Assembly: GCA_963778115.1 (NCBI GenBank)
Contig: CAVZSV010000005.1
Span: 384,001 to 448,000 of the forward strand
Source of the DNA: an uncultured delta proteobacterium
GTDB lineage: Bacteria; Bdellovibrionota; FAC87; UBA2466
Direction of reading: 5' to 3'
DNA length: 64,000 nt
In this document: positions 29,622 through 39,533 of the stretch, piece by piece
How the letters are laid out: every line of letters begins with the position of its first letter
Position numbering within the stretch: position 1 is the first letter of the stretch
Position numbers and translations under genes: made by a program
Notes under the pieces: generated by a model
The model's input: the letters and a program-made list of their open reading frames with translations, nothing else
What the model was told of the DNA's origin: nothing
Database searches by the model: none

Positions 29622-29858
29622 TTACGACGCAGCGGCTTCTGAAACCACGGCTACCGGTCGTTTGCTGACCGGCGGCTTCTTCGCAAGTCCACTTCGAAGA
29701 CATCGCGTGCAGACGTAAACGCGTTGGACGATACCACCTAGAAATACCCGAGACTTTTGAAGGTTCGGATAATGGCGCTTCTTGGTCTTAATGTTCGAAT
29801 GGCTGATCCGATTTCCGGTCACCGGTTCTTTTGCACAATAGGCACATCGTCTGGCCAA
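29622..29858 (-). CDS. rpmB: 50S ribosomal protein L28 (Zn-binding type)
   Basis: ARRCAYCAK..GNRISHSNIKTKKR..PNLQ...VCTRCLRSG; TTG start after gagg. Confidence 0.93.
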   Translation of the reverse strand: MARRCAYCAKEPVTGNRISHSNIKTKKRHYPNLQKSRVFLGGIVQRVYVCTRCLRSGLAKKPPVSKRPVAVVSEAAAS

Positions 29859-29951
29859 GGGACACCTCATTCAAAACAGTTAGATACCAGCCCCTTGTCA
29901 TAGTTAAAAAAGGGACTGAATTCAAGGGCTTTGTTGTGATAGCTTACAAAA

Positions 29952-30653
29952 ATGTATCTGCAGCCCCCAAACCCATCCCAGGTCCCGTCCCGCTCTTATG
30001 GCTGGAAATACCGACTACGACGATGGCTAGGGGTATTTATTGTTGTCGCTTTGCTGGTTGTCATCCTGTTGGGAAGCGCCGTTTCCCGATTTGCCAAGAT
30101 TTGTGAGCATTACGCCACCATCGCCGAAGGCTCCCCACCTTTGCCCTCCGACGTAAAGGCCGATGAGGCCATTGTGGTCTTAACGGGAGATCGACACCGC
30201 ATTCCCAAAGCCTTGGACCTCTTAAGGAGTCGCCAAGCCCCGCTCCTTATTATCTCGGGCACCGGCAAAGGAGCGACTCTCACCGATCTCGTGAATCAAC
30301 AAGGAGGAGCGAAAGGGAACATCCATCAGATCTGGACTAGGATAGTGGTGGAATCAAACTCCTCTTCGACCATTGAAAACGCCGTGCAGTCGGGAAAAAT
30401 TTTAAGAGCGAGAGGCATTCACCGGATTATTTTGGTGACCTCCGAATACCATATGGCCCGCGCCTCACAGATCTTTCATCGGGCCCTTCCGGCAATTGAA
30501 ATTATCGAATACCCAGTTGCCTCCGACGTCTCTGAGATCTCTTGGGACCCCTCGGAGAAGACGTTGAGCGGACTTTGGTATTTTGGGGTGGAGTTTTGGA
30601 AGCGGATGATTTACCAGCTTTACTCGTTTAGAAAAGTCTCGCCGGTGTTGTAG
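29952..30653 (+). CDS. YdcF/DUF218 family membrane protein
   Basis: AIVVLTG, LIISG, ES.SSSTIENA, LVTSEYHMARA. Confidence 0.9.
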   Translation: MYLQPPNPSQVPSRSYGWKYRLRRWLGVFIVVALLVVILLGSAVSRFAKICEHYATIAEGSPPLPSDVKADEAIVVLTGDRHRIPKALDLLRSRQAPLLIISGTGKGATLTDLVNQQGGAKGNIHQIWTRIVVESNSSSTIENAVQSGKILRARGIHRIILVTSEYHMARASQIFHRALPAIEIIEYPVASDVSEISWDPSEKTLSGLWYFGVEFWKRMIYQLYSFRKVSPVL

Positions 30654-30727
30654 AGTGGCGATCTCCTTTCTACGGCGGGGTACTTATGCCCAAGATGGCT
30701 CAGTCGCTTCGCTGCTCGCCATGCCAG
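30654..30727. repeat. degenerate REP-like palindromic element
   Basis: gtggcgatctc...aagatggctcagtcgcttcgctgctcgccatg resembles the widespread gtggcaatctc/gagattgcttcgtcgcttcgctcctcgcaatgac hairpin repeat (from recall). Confidence 0.4.
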
Positions 30728-30819
30728 ACATTTTGTTTGGGCCTTGACTCAGTGTCAGATGACACGGGAGATAAGCCCCTCTACTTTTTATCACTCAACA
30801 ATTTTACGGGGAGCTAAAA

Positions 30820-31290
30820 GTGCGTACCTTCAGCTTATCGATCCTAGCCGCTTTTTTTTCGTTACCACTATTTGCTGCCGCTCCGACGGCCTCGGTTCCG
30901 AACTTAACGGGGACCTGGACGGGGTCGGGAACGGTTGTCGTTGATGGCAACAATGGCGTCTGTGGAACCATCCAATTGGATGTGAATCAAAATTCCGATT
31001 CCATTACCGTTGATAACGCGAAATTTGAGTGTGACCTATTTACCGACGTCACCAATTATAGTCCCTTTGAAATCCAGGGAAACGCCTTATGGTGGGAAGG
31101 AAAAGAGGGGATCATTGGTTCCATCACTGCTCAGACGCTTCAATGGAACGTCTCTGATCTTCCTGAATCTCTTGATTCGTGGGTCTTCGAATTTCAGGCA
31201 GATGGTTCTGCTCGTTTAACTCGGCACTATGTTAATGAGAATTCCGATTGGAAAGATAGTACTTACCAGGCAAGTCTTGGCAGGTACTAG
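30820..31290 (+). CDS. secreted hypothetical beta-rich protein
   Basis: signal peptide LFA-A, NLTGTWTGSG, one Cys pair. Confidence 0.7.
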   Translation: MRTFSLSILAAFFSLPLFAAAPTASVPNLTGTWTGSGTVVVDGNNGVCGTIQLDVNQNSDSITVDNAKFECDLFTDVTNYSPFEIQGNALWWEGKEGIIGSITAQTLQWNVSDLPESLDSWVFEFQADGSARLTRHYVNENSDWKDSTYQASLGRY

Positions 31291-31292
31291 AG

Positions 31293-32570
31293 CTAGAAAT
31301 CTACGACGAGCTGTGCGCAACGTCCCGAAGCGCCCTGGCGTTGCAATAGATACTCTCCTAATTTTACAGAGAGACAATCTCGTTCGTGACTATCGGTCGC
31401 AAGCCTTAAAAGGGTTTCAGAAAAATCAGCGGGAGTCGTGACTCGGATAAGCCCTTTGTTATCTCGCCATAGCTCCATGGCTTCTCCGGAATTCTCAATA
31501 TAGGGGCCAGTGAGCATGGGTTTTCCGTAGGCCGCGGGTTCAAGGACGTTGTGAACGCGTCTGTGGAAACTTCCGCCCACGAAGACCAATGTTGCTACTT
31601 GATAAAGTTCGGCTAGCCATCCGACACCGTCGACGACTAAGTGCGAGCTTAAGTCGGGGCTTTTTACCCAATGGCTCCAACGCCTCCCGGGGACAGCATT
31701 TGTCGTAAACCACTTTTGGCATTCCGTTACAAAAGCCTCTTTCGGTTCGTGGGGGGCCAATACGATGCGCCAGCCTTCGTTTAACACTAAGAGCCGGATA
31801 AGACCGTCCGACACTTGCCCAAAATCTTCGGGCCACAGACTTGCTAAGATAATTACCTTCGACGGAAAAAAGCCTTTCCAAGGGGGCGGCTTTTGCATGG
31901 CTTTTCGTTTTAGAACGCGTTCAATTCTAGGATCCCCCGTGACACTTATAGGAACCGTCCTAGGTAACAACGCAGTTAAAAAGTTAGCCGTTTCCTTTTC
32001 TGTCGTTCCGATATGCTCAAAGTAGCCAAGCCAAGAAGAAAGCCTTCGCATCGATGCACGCGATTGCGGCGGAAGATACATTCCCAAAAGCAATCTATGA
32101 ACGTTTTGTTTGCGGCATTCTTCCAACAGGGCCGGCCATATTTCGCGGTGGATCGCTATGAAATGGGAAGGGCGCAAAGCCTTTAAGAAACGTTTGACGC
32201 AAAATCTAAAATCGAAGGGAGAATAGTCAGCGAAGTCCCACGATAGGCCATGGCCACTGGAAATTCGCCGCTGCGTCTCCAACTCCACCGCCACCTTTGC
32301 CGTTGGCGAAAAATACGATAGAAATACTCTCGCTTGGGGCCGTAACTGTTTGATTTCATCCAAAATAGCAAGGCACTGTTCGAACTCCCCACTGGAAGCG
32401 ACGTGAAACCAGAAGAGCTGACGAGAGTCGTCTTTGCGAAACTTTCTGACACGTCGGGAAAGTCCAAAGCGCCCCCAAAATCCACGTCGAACCTTTGTCG
32501 AAAAAAGTGAGGCGGGCACTGCCACCAGGAGAGCTAGAAAATACGTGAAAGAGTACAGGCATCCCTTCAT
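31293..32570 (-). CDS. waaA: Kdo transferase
   Basis: WFHVASSGE, PFD, EIWP, FVGGSF..VHNVLEPA. Confidence 0.92.
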   Translation of the reverse strand: MKGCLYSFTYFLALLVAVPASLFSTKVRRGFWGRFGLSRRVRKFRKDDSRQLFWFHVASSGEFEQCLAILDEIKQLRPQARVFLSYFSPTAKVAVELETQRRISSGHGLSWDFADYSPFDFRFCVKRFLKALRPSHFIAIHREIWPALLEECRKQNVHRLLLGMYLPPQSRASMRRLSSWLGYFEHIGTTEKETANFLTALLPRTVPISVTGDPRIERVLKRKAMQKPPPWKGFFPSKVIILASLWPEDFGQVSDGLIRLLVLNEGWRIVLAPHEPKEAFVTECQKWFTTNAVPGRRWSHWVKSPDLSSHLVVDGVGWLAELYQVATLVFVGGSFHRRVHNVLEPAAYGKPMLTGPYIENSGEAMELWRDNKGLIRVTTPADFSETLLRLATDSHERDCLSVKLGEYLLQRQGASGRCAQLVVDF

Positions 32571-33589
32571 ACGGGGCTCACTTTAGACCGAAGTAAGGCC
32601 AAGGTGGCATCAAAAACTCTTCCCGGGCTGATATTGGTCAAACAAAACCTCTTGCGCCGAATACAGGGGGCTTGGCCGTTTTTTGAGCACGGCCGGCACC
32701 AAAGATCCTCTTCTAAAATACGAGCTTGCGGGTGAAAGGGAAGGCATCCCGACTCCGCTGAAGTAGGACCCAGCATGAGCACCGAAGGGATATTAAGCGA
32801 GTCCGCGATATGCATTAGCCCTGTATCATTGGCAACCACTAACTGGCATCGCTCGATAAGTGCAGCCGACTCTCCGATTCCCAGTTGTCCTTGAGTATTC
32901 ATAACGCGATCCGCCGGAAGACCTCGAACCAAATCTCCACAGAAAGAGTCGCCAGGTCCTCCAAAGATGATAAGAGAAGCGTTCGTTTCGGCGATTAAAC
33001 GCTCGATGACATTTCGAAAATAGGGCAGAGGCCAGCGTTTGCCGGGCCATTGCGCCGAGGGAATAATTCCTATCCAGGGCTTTTCCCGGTTCACCCCGAA
33101 TTTGGCGAGAGCCTTGGTACGTGTCGCATCCGATAAGAAAAGCTCGGGCCCTTTGCCGTCGTAAGTGACCCCCCACTTCTTGAGTGGCTCGACATAGCGT
33201 TCCAACATGCGCTTTTTGTCTAAAATCCGAAGCTTGAAGGTTAAAGCGAGCGCTCTTCTTAGATATTGCTTATTAAAGTACGCCGCCCGTTGAGGAAAGA
33301 TAAATGGCATCAGCAGGCGGGTTCTAAGGCTTCGGTGCGCATCGTAGACGTAATCATAACGTTCGCTTCGTAACGTCTTAGCCAGTTCGAAAAGGCCCCG
33401 CCAACCTTCGATTCGAGAGAGCCCCATTTTCTGATTGAGATGAGGGTTGTCTTTAATTAAATCGAAGAAATCTTCGCGCACCACCATATCGATTTGCGCT
33501 GTGGGATGGGCCTCGCGCAGGCAGCGGACCATTGCGGTTGCCATGATAATATCGCCCAGACTGCTAAAACGAAGAACGAGTATTTTCAC
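32567..33589 (-). CDS. glycosyltransferase family 9 (LPS heptosyltransferase)
   Basis: LRFSSLGD, KRWP, NDTGLMHIA, GPT, CRPC. Confidence 0.92.
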   Translation of the reverse strand: MKILVLRFSSLGDIIMATAMVRCLREAHPTAQIDMVVREDFFDLIKDNPHLNQKMGLSRIEGWRGLFELAKTLRSERYDYVYDAHRSLRTRLLMPFIFPQRAAYFNKQYLRRALALTFKLRILDKKRMLERYVEPLKKWGVTYDGKGPELFLSDATRTKALAKFGVNREKPWIGIIPSAQWPGKRWPLPYFRNVIERLIAETNASLIIFGGPGDSFCGDLVRGLPADRVMNTQGQLGIGESAALIERCQLVVANDTGLMHIADSLNIPSVLMLGPTSAESGCLPFHPQARILEEDLWCRPCSKNGQAPCIRRKRFCLTNISPGRVFDATLALLRSKVSPV

Positions 33590-35316
33590 ATTTCTTTCGG
33601 AGCGCGCATGCCCAACAATTCTAATCCATTGGTAAGGGTCGTTTGGGTGGCTTCCACCAATCCCAGACGGAGCTGACGCTGAACCAGATCGTTACTCTGC
33701 AAGACAGGGAGTTTGTAGTAAAAGCGATTAAACGCTTTAGACAAATCGATGAGGTAGTACGTCAAATGATAGGGTTCATTATCTCGAACCACTAAATGCA
33801 AAGTCGCCCGAAACTTTGCTAGCGAGAGGATTAAGGCCTCTTCTTCGGCGGCAAACGTGTAGCTAGTGGGATCTTTGATAATAGCTGCCGCCTCCTTTTT
33901 CTCCCGGGCCTTCTCTAACAGGCTATGGCAACGCACTAACGAGTACTGAACATAAGGGCCTGTCTCGCCGTCCAAAGCGAGAACTGTTTCCCATTTAAAC
34001 TCGATGTCGGACCTACGGTGGGAAGAAAGATTTCCAAAGATAATAGCTCCCACGCCTACCATCGAAGCCACTTCTTCTTTATTAGGTAAGTCGGGATTTT
34101 TCTTGGTGCATTCTTCAAGAGCCAGGGTCTGAGCTTCGTCGAGCAGTTCATCCAGAAAAATAACACGCCCTTCTCGGGTCGACATCTTCTCCGTCCCAAA
34201 GAGTACTGTGCCAAACGAAACGTGTTCACACTTCTCGCTCCAGGGCTGATTCATTAACTTGAGCGTGCCAAAGAGCAACTGAAAGTGAAGCTTTTGTTGC
34301 TCGGCCACGACGTAAAACATTTTATCGAAATGAAAGCGCCGTTCTCTATCGACCGCAGCCGCGATATCGCGGGTGAGGTAAAGGGTGGTGCCGTCCTTTT
34401 TCTGAACCAAGGCCGGGGTGGAAAGGCCTGGCACTTCGACAATCCACGCGCCTTCGCTCAGTTTTGCTCCCGCCTTCTCTTTAATCTCTTTTAGCGTCTC
34501 CTGAATTTTAGGGATGTAATGGCTCTCCCCTTCAAGATGGTTAAAGCGGATATTCATTCGGGCTAGCGTTTCATCCATGACGGTAACGCTAATCTTTTTG
34601 ATCTGTTTCCAGAGATCGGTGACTTTGGGTTCGTGCTCTTCAAGACGCTGCAACGCCTGCGACGCTTTTTCCAGATATTCAGGATGGATCTCGGCCTCTT
34701 TATGAAATTTGACGTAAATTTCAAAAAGGTGGTTCATGGCGATCTTAGGATCTTTATCGTTTAGGATTTCAGGCTTTCCCCATGTCTCAAATCCCACTAA
34801 CAGGCGCGCGAATTGAGACCCCCAGTCGCCGACAAAGTTAATGCGCTCGGTTTGGTAACCTAAACTGTCATAGACATTGGCTAGCGTATTTCCGATGAGA
34901 GTCGATCTGATATGTTGAAAACCGAGTTTCTTAGCGACATTCGGCGAGCAGTATTCAAAGACAATGTGTTTGCCTTTTCCACTTTGGTCAAACCCGTACC
35001 GATTTTTTTGTGTCGTGATCGCGCTTAGCGTTTGCAAGTAAAGGGTACCCACGTCCCAGCGAAAATTGGCGTAGGGGCCGGTCGCCGTTACTGTGATCCC
35101 CTTTCCGGCGAAATGCTCCTTTAGCCCTTGGGCAATTTTGTCCGACGGTATCTTAAGAACTTTGGAGAGTTTGAAGCAGGGGAGCGCCACATGCCCCAAG
35201 GCTTGCTGGGGAGGGACTCCAAAATCGGCTTCCAGCGCTTCAGCGGTAATGGCCGGCTGATTGAAGTACCCGGCTATCTCCGTCGCCATTCGTCGTTTCA
35301 TTTCTAAGAAAGGCAT
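33586..35316 (-). CDS. argS: arginine--tRNA ligase
   Basis: EYCSPNVAK, GDWGSQF, YLTRDIA, KMSTREG, GETGPYVQY, terminal KEM. Confidence 0.95.
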   Translation of the reverse strand: MPFLEMKRRMATEIAGYFNQPAITAEALEADFGVPPQQALGHVALPCFKLSKVLKIPSDKIAQGLKEHFAGKGITVTATGPYANFRWDVGTLYLQTLSAITTQKNRYGFDQSGKGKHIVFEYCSPNVAKKLGFQHIRSTLIGNTLANVYDSLGYQTERINFVGDWGSQFARLLVGFETWGKPEILNDKDPKIAMNHLFEIYVKFHKEAEIHPEYLEKASQALQRLEEHEPKVTDLWKQIKKISVTVMDETLARMNIRFNHLEGESHYIPKIQETLKEIKEKAGAKLSEGAWIVEVPGLSTPALVQKKDGTTLYLTRDIAAAVDRERRFHFDKMFYVVAEQQKLHFQLLFGTLKLMNQPWSEKCEHVSFGTVLFGTEKMSTREGRVIFLDELLDEAQTLALEECTKKNPDLPNKEEVASMVGVGAIIFGNLSSHRRSDIEFKWETVLALDGETGPYVQYSLVRCHSLLEKAREKKEAAAIIKDPTSYTFAAEEEALILSLAKFRATLHLVVRDNEPYHLTYYLIDLSKAFNRFYYKLPVLQSNDLVQRQLRLGLVEATQTTLTNGLELLGMRAPKEM

Positions 35317-35374
35317 TCAACTACCCGTAAAAAGGTTATTGCATAACCCGCATTAAGCCCATAGCCAAGTGAGT

Positions 35375-36691
35375 TCAAAGTCTGGCTCCCGGACGCGGAG
35401 TCGATTTACGACGAGCCGCCTCCTCTTTCGCTTGGGCGTGTTTTTCGGCCTTAAGAATGGGCTTCATCAAATGCTTTAGCATAGGTTCTACGACCTCTCG
35501 AGCGGTATGTAACGAACCCCAAGGGTAGGGCAGATGCGCGTTCATTAACGGGCCCAAACGCTCCACCCGAGGTAGGCGGAGTCTGGAGTGCAGCCAACAA
35601 TAGTCGTAAATCTCCACCAAAGAATCTTCAAAAGTCTCAATGGCAAATCGTCTGGCGTCCTCGGAGTAACAGCTCTCCAAATCGAGTGTAGGTTCGATGT
35701 GCCGAATGGAACCTGACAAGAAAGGAAACAGGCGATTCATCTTTCCAATGGCCGCTCGACACTGGGACAAAAGACTGTCCAGCGAAAAATCCCTGGCGCC
35801 GTGGATCCAAAGGGTCATTCGGGTTGCGTCTTGAGTTCTCGAAATTTCGAAGGGCAGTATCTCTGCTTCCGGATCGGGAATTTCCCAACTATCAAAAAAG
35901 ACGGAAACCGGTCGAACATTAAGAGGAACGACCGTCGGATCTAAGGTTAAGGTCAGTGGGAAAAGGGCTTTAGAGGGAATAGGCTCTTGCGCGAAAGAGA
36001 TGCCTAGATTTTCGCAAACTTCTTCTTTCTGTAAAATCGTTCTCAATGGAGTGGAGGGAAGATTTAAGATCACCCATTGGGAAAATAGCGGCTCGTATCC
36101 TTGAAGTTGAACCGCGTACCCTAATTTTGTTTTCGTCATGGGTGCGATTTTTTCGATACTGTTTTCTCTAGGATTCGCGTGGAACACTCGGATCTGCTTG
36201 GAGAGGGCATCGGCCGGCCTCCACCAACAGAGTTCGGTGAATAACCAGGCGTACAGCGCGGCCCATTCAGGAGAAACTTTCCCGGTGCGACCAAACGCCA
36301 ATGCTAAACCCCGGCCGAAGCCGATAAGATCGGGATTTTGCTGAATCGCACCTTTTAATCCCCTGACCAATCGCGATGGGGAATCGAGCCATCCGTCATG
36401 AGACGCCAAGAGAGCTAATTCGGGAAAACGGGATCCCGCACTGATGGGGTCCCAGGAGAGGACTGCTTGAGGAGAAACCATTTCAGGAGACCAGGTTTTT
36501 GTGACGGGGATGTCAAAGCGCCGCGCAATGGCCGTCGGTAACGCGACCGGGCGAAGATGGGGTTCAAAACTCACGTAACCCAACCGGAGTTTTCCGTGAG
36601 ACCGCTTTTCAAGCTCTCCCAAAGCCCAAAGACCCGCGGGATCGTCTCCCAAAACTAGGCAATCAAATTCGGCAAATCCGGTTTCCGCCAC
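35375..36691 (-). CDS. hypothetical protein with degenerate FAD/Rossmann-like N-terminus
   Basis: FDCLVLGDDPAGL resembles DxxxxGxGxxG. Confidence 0.5.
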   Translation of the reverse strand: MAETGFAEFDCLVLGDDPAGLWALGELEKRSHGKLRLGYVSFEPHLRPVALPTAIARRFDIPVTKTWSPEMVSPQAVLSWDPISAGSRFPELALLASHDGWLDSPSRLVRGLKGAIQQNPDLIGFGRGLALAFGRTGKVSPEWAALYAWLFTELCWWRPADALSKQIRVFHANPRENSIEKIAPMTKTKLGYAVQLQGYEPLFSQWVILNLPSTPLRTILQKEEVCENLGISFAQEPIPSKALFPLTLTLDPTVVPLNVRPVSVFFDSWEIPDPEAEILPFEISRTQDATRMTLWIHGARDFSLDSLLSQCRAAIGKMNRLFPFLSGSIRHIEPTLDLESCYSEDARRFAIETFEDSLVEIYDYCWLHSRLRLPRVERLGPLMNAHLPYPWGSLHTAREVVEPMLKHLMKPILKAEKHAQAKEEAARRKSTPRPGARL

Positions 36692-36856
36692 CGATTAAGT
36701 TCCTCTCAGTTCATGAGTAAAAGGACAAAAATGTTTCCAAAGTCGGTCGGAGCGATAATACTAGGAGTAGGGGACTCATCCAACTTAATCTTAGTCACGT
36801 GTCAGGGCTCTAAACCGTCCCAATTAGGTAAGAAAAGGGAACGCAGGGCAAACATC

Positions 36857-37435
36857 ATGCGAATCAGTCTCTATAGCTTAGGCCTGGTACTTGCTTTCGT
36901 CGGATTGCCCGGTTATGCCGCCCTTCCTCCGGAAGGGGGCGTGGTGATGATGCCGCTCAACTGCGGAGAATTGCTCCCCGACAACGCTCCCTATATCAAT
37001 TTCTTCGAAGGAGTCGCTCGCAACGCTATCTCGTCGGATAAAACTTTGGCCAAGCGAATTTTAAGAATCTTAGCCCTTAGAGACAAATTGGCCGAATATG
37101 TCGATAGAAGCCGAGGACAAAACCCGGTCGATACTTTGATTCGCAAAACGATCTGTTTTTACCGTGAGCAAAAAGAACCGCTAAAGCCCATTGCCGTTGA
37201 TGATCCCGACTTTTTGAATTTCATGAAGAAATCCCTTCCCGATCTAGAAACCAAAGTCGACGATAGCATTTTTCAGGCCGAATTCGAGCGCTACCGTCGA
37301 GTGGAGCTGGAGCGTCAGGCACAGCGCAACCAGGGGGCCATGAATTCCTTGGAAGAGCAGGCCAACCATGACGCAGATCGTTCGTTTGAAAACATTTCCA
37401 AAGCAGCCCGCCGCAAGGTAAAAACGGGTCCATGA
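36857..37435 (+). CDS. secreted helical hypothetical protein
   Basis: MRISLYSLGLVLAFVGLPGYA signal peptide; ATGA overlap with suhB. Confidence 0.7.
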   Translation: MRISLYSLGLVLAFVGLPGYAALPPEGGVVMMPLNCGELLPDNAPYINFFEGVARNAISSDKTLAKRILRILALRDKLAEYVDRSRGQNPVDTLIRKTICFYREQKEPLKPIAVDDPDFLNFMKKSLPDLETKVDDSIFQAEFERYRRVELERQAQRNQGAMNSLEEQANHDADRSFENISKAARRKVKTGP

Positions 37436-38202
37436 CCTCACATCTTCCGTTTATCTCGAAGCTGGCCGATGGTGCCGGCGACATTTTAATGAAATATTTC
37501 TATAAGACGCATCGCATCACCCGCAAGCCTAACGCAGGCATAGTGACCGAGGCGGATAAGGCCGCCGAAGCCTTCCTGATGAAAAACATTTTCAGAAGTT
37601 TTCCAAATAGTTCGATAATTACAGAAGAAAGCGGGGAGTTCCTGGGGGAGCACGCTTATACCTGGGTGCTGGATCCTTTGGACGGCACCACCAACTATGC
37701 GCATGGCTTCCCTTGGTTCTGTGTTTCTATCGGACTTTACGAAGGAAACCGGCCGCTTGCCGGGATGATCTGGAACCCTTTCACGAAGGAGAAGTTCTCG
37801 GCGGAAGTAGGAAAGGGGGCTCACTTAAACGGGAAGCGCATTCGGGTGTCGAATACCAACCGAATGGCGGATGCCCTGGTGGGTACCGGGTTTTATTATA
37901 TGAAAGGGACCGAGCTAAAACGGGAGATGGGAATCTTCACGCGAATGAATGAAAGGGCACTTGGCGTTCGCAGGCCCGGATCAGCAGCACTCGATTTAGC
38001 TTATGTCGCTTGCGGACGTTACGACGGTTTTTGGGAGAAATGTCTTTCGCCTTGGGATGTCGCCGCTGGTTTTTTGATCGTGACGGAGGCGGGGGGCACT
38101 ATCTCAGGATACTCTGGCAAACCAACGGACATACATGCTGGAGAAGTAGTAGCATCCAACAAAATTTTGCATCCAAGTTTAATTCGCATCATCAAAGGGT
38201 AA
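37432..38202 (+). CDS. suhB: inositol monophosphatase family protein
   Basis: VTEAD, EE, WVLDPLDGTTNY, RRPGSAALDL, PWDVAAG. Confidence 0.93.
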   Translation: MTSHLPFISKLADGAGDILMKYFYKTHRITRKPNAGIVTEADKAAEAFLMKNIFRSFPNSSIITEESGEFLGEHAYTWVLDPLDGTTNYAHGFPWFCVSIGLYEGNRPLAGMIWNPFTKEKFSAEVGKGAHLNGKRIRVSNTNRMADALVGTGFYYMKGTELKREMGIFTRMNERALGVRRPGSAALDLAYVACGRYDGFWEKCLSPWDVAAGFLIVTEAGGTISGYSGKPTDIHAGEVVASNKILHPSLIRIIKG

Positions 38203-38274
38203 GACAGACGAAATAAGCCAAGCAGGAAGGGCTTTAAACTCCACAAGGAAGTGATTTTTACTTGGTGGAGTTCG

Positions 38275-39255
38275 ATGGCTTTAAATCAGTGGATAGTTCT
38301 CATTCAAAAGGTGCCCAAGGGACCTTTATCTCGAGAAGATGTGGAGCTTTTGCTCAAACAAAAGCAGATCCGCTTCAATGACCTCGCCTATAAAATCGAA
38401 GACGGCCAAACGAAATCCGCCTCAAGCTGGAAATTTCTATGGCAATTTGAAGAATTCGACCGACGCAAGAACGAAGCGCAAGAGCCGCCCTCTAAAGAGA
38501 TCTTAGAAAGAAGATCGGCTACGACAGCACCTCCCAAAGTGGAAGATCATATTCCGCCCGAACTCTTAGATATCAATCCCGAAGATTTGCTCCGCAATCA
38601 AAATCCCGTAATGGAACGACGGATTCCTCAAGAGCATCTATCAGAGGAGGAGGTCGTAAAACCCAGAGATCGTCAAGAAAACTACGATACGCCCACCCAT
38701 TTTGGGAGGTGGGCCGCGGGGCTCGTCGCGACTATTGTTACGATCGCTTTTTTTAATTCGGGCCAACTCTCCAAGCTTCTTCGTCCGATGAGTCTTGCGC
38801 CGGAGAACCGAAGTATTGCGAGTAACGAGCCTCAACTTCCGATTGGAAGTCCGCTTCAAGACGCGACAGGTTCTAGACATAGTTCTCCCGCACGTCCCAC
38901 CCCCTCAAGATACGGCCGTCCGAACTTTCCTCCGGTTACTAATTCCATTCCAGCGGGACGCGACCCGTCCGAATTCAAGCCAGAACCACCGCCGCTTGAG
39001 ATTCGTGATGGAAACGAGGATGGGTGGAAAGACCCTGCTGATGAAAAAAATGAAGAGCAGCGTGAAGTTCAAGACGAGGAAGAGGCTCCCAAACCCACCC
39101 GCTCTAAAAAAACAAAGGCCGCAGCTCACTCTCGTCCGTTTCCGCCAGAGAACGAAGAGGGAGAAGAGGCGGGAGAATCAAAAGCCGAGCAGGGAGAAGG
39201 GGCTACTCAGGAGACTGAGGGAGCAAATGAAGATAGGAAAGAAAACTTGCCGTAA
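38275..39255 (+). CDS. GYF/DUF4339-like membrane protein with acidic disordered tail
   Basis: W...KGPLS N-terminus, single TM helix, P/E-rich C-terminus. Confidence 0.6.
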   Translation: MALNQWIVLIQKVPKGPLSREDVELLLKQKQIRFNDLAYKIEDGQTKSASSWKFLWQFEEFDRRKNEAQEPPSKEILERRSATTAPPKVEDHIPPELLDINPEDLLRNQNPVMERRIPQEHLSEEEVVKPRDRQENYDTPTHFGRWAAGLVATIVTIAFFNSGQLSKLLRPMSLAPENRSIASNEPQLPIGSPLQDATGSRHSSPARPTPSRYGRPNFPPVTNSIPAGRDPSEFKPEPPPLEIRDGNEDGWKDPADEKNEEQREVQDEEEAPKPTRSKKTKAAAHSRPFPPENEEGEEAGESKAEQGEGATQETEGANEDRKENLP

Positions 39256-39350
39256 ACCCAAAAGGTGCCCGTCGACTTTCGGGACCTTGTCTGAACAAAA
39301 ACAAAAGGTGCCCAGAAAAGGTCCCGAAAGTCGACGGGCACCTTTTGGGT
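39256..39350. repeat. perfect 33-bp inverted repeat (REP-doublet-like; may also terminate transcription)
   Basis: acccaaaaggtgcccgtcgactttcgggacctt (39256-39288) and its exact reverse complement (39318-39350); 29-bp spacer holds a partial third copy. Confidence 0.9.
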
Positions 39351-39438
39351 CTTTAAGTTCTTAATTTTCCACAGCAACAAAATGAATTTATCTCCACAAT
39401 TGGCCAGTTGTGCGTGGCGTTAACTTTTCGTTAAAATA

Positions 39439-39455
39439 TCTAGACGGTGTCTAGA
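39439..39455. promoter_or_regulatory. palindromic operator candidate upstream of the giant lipoprotein
   Basis: TCTAGAC-ggt-GTCTAGA about 80 bp before ATG 39534. Confidence 0.4.
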
Positions 39456-39533
39456 ATAGTGACGCCCATCTCTCTTTGAATCCACGGAAATAGGAATAGA
39501 AATCATTACCTGTCGGTTGTTAGGGGACCAGGG

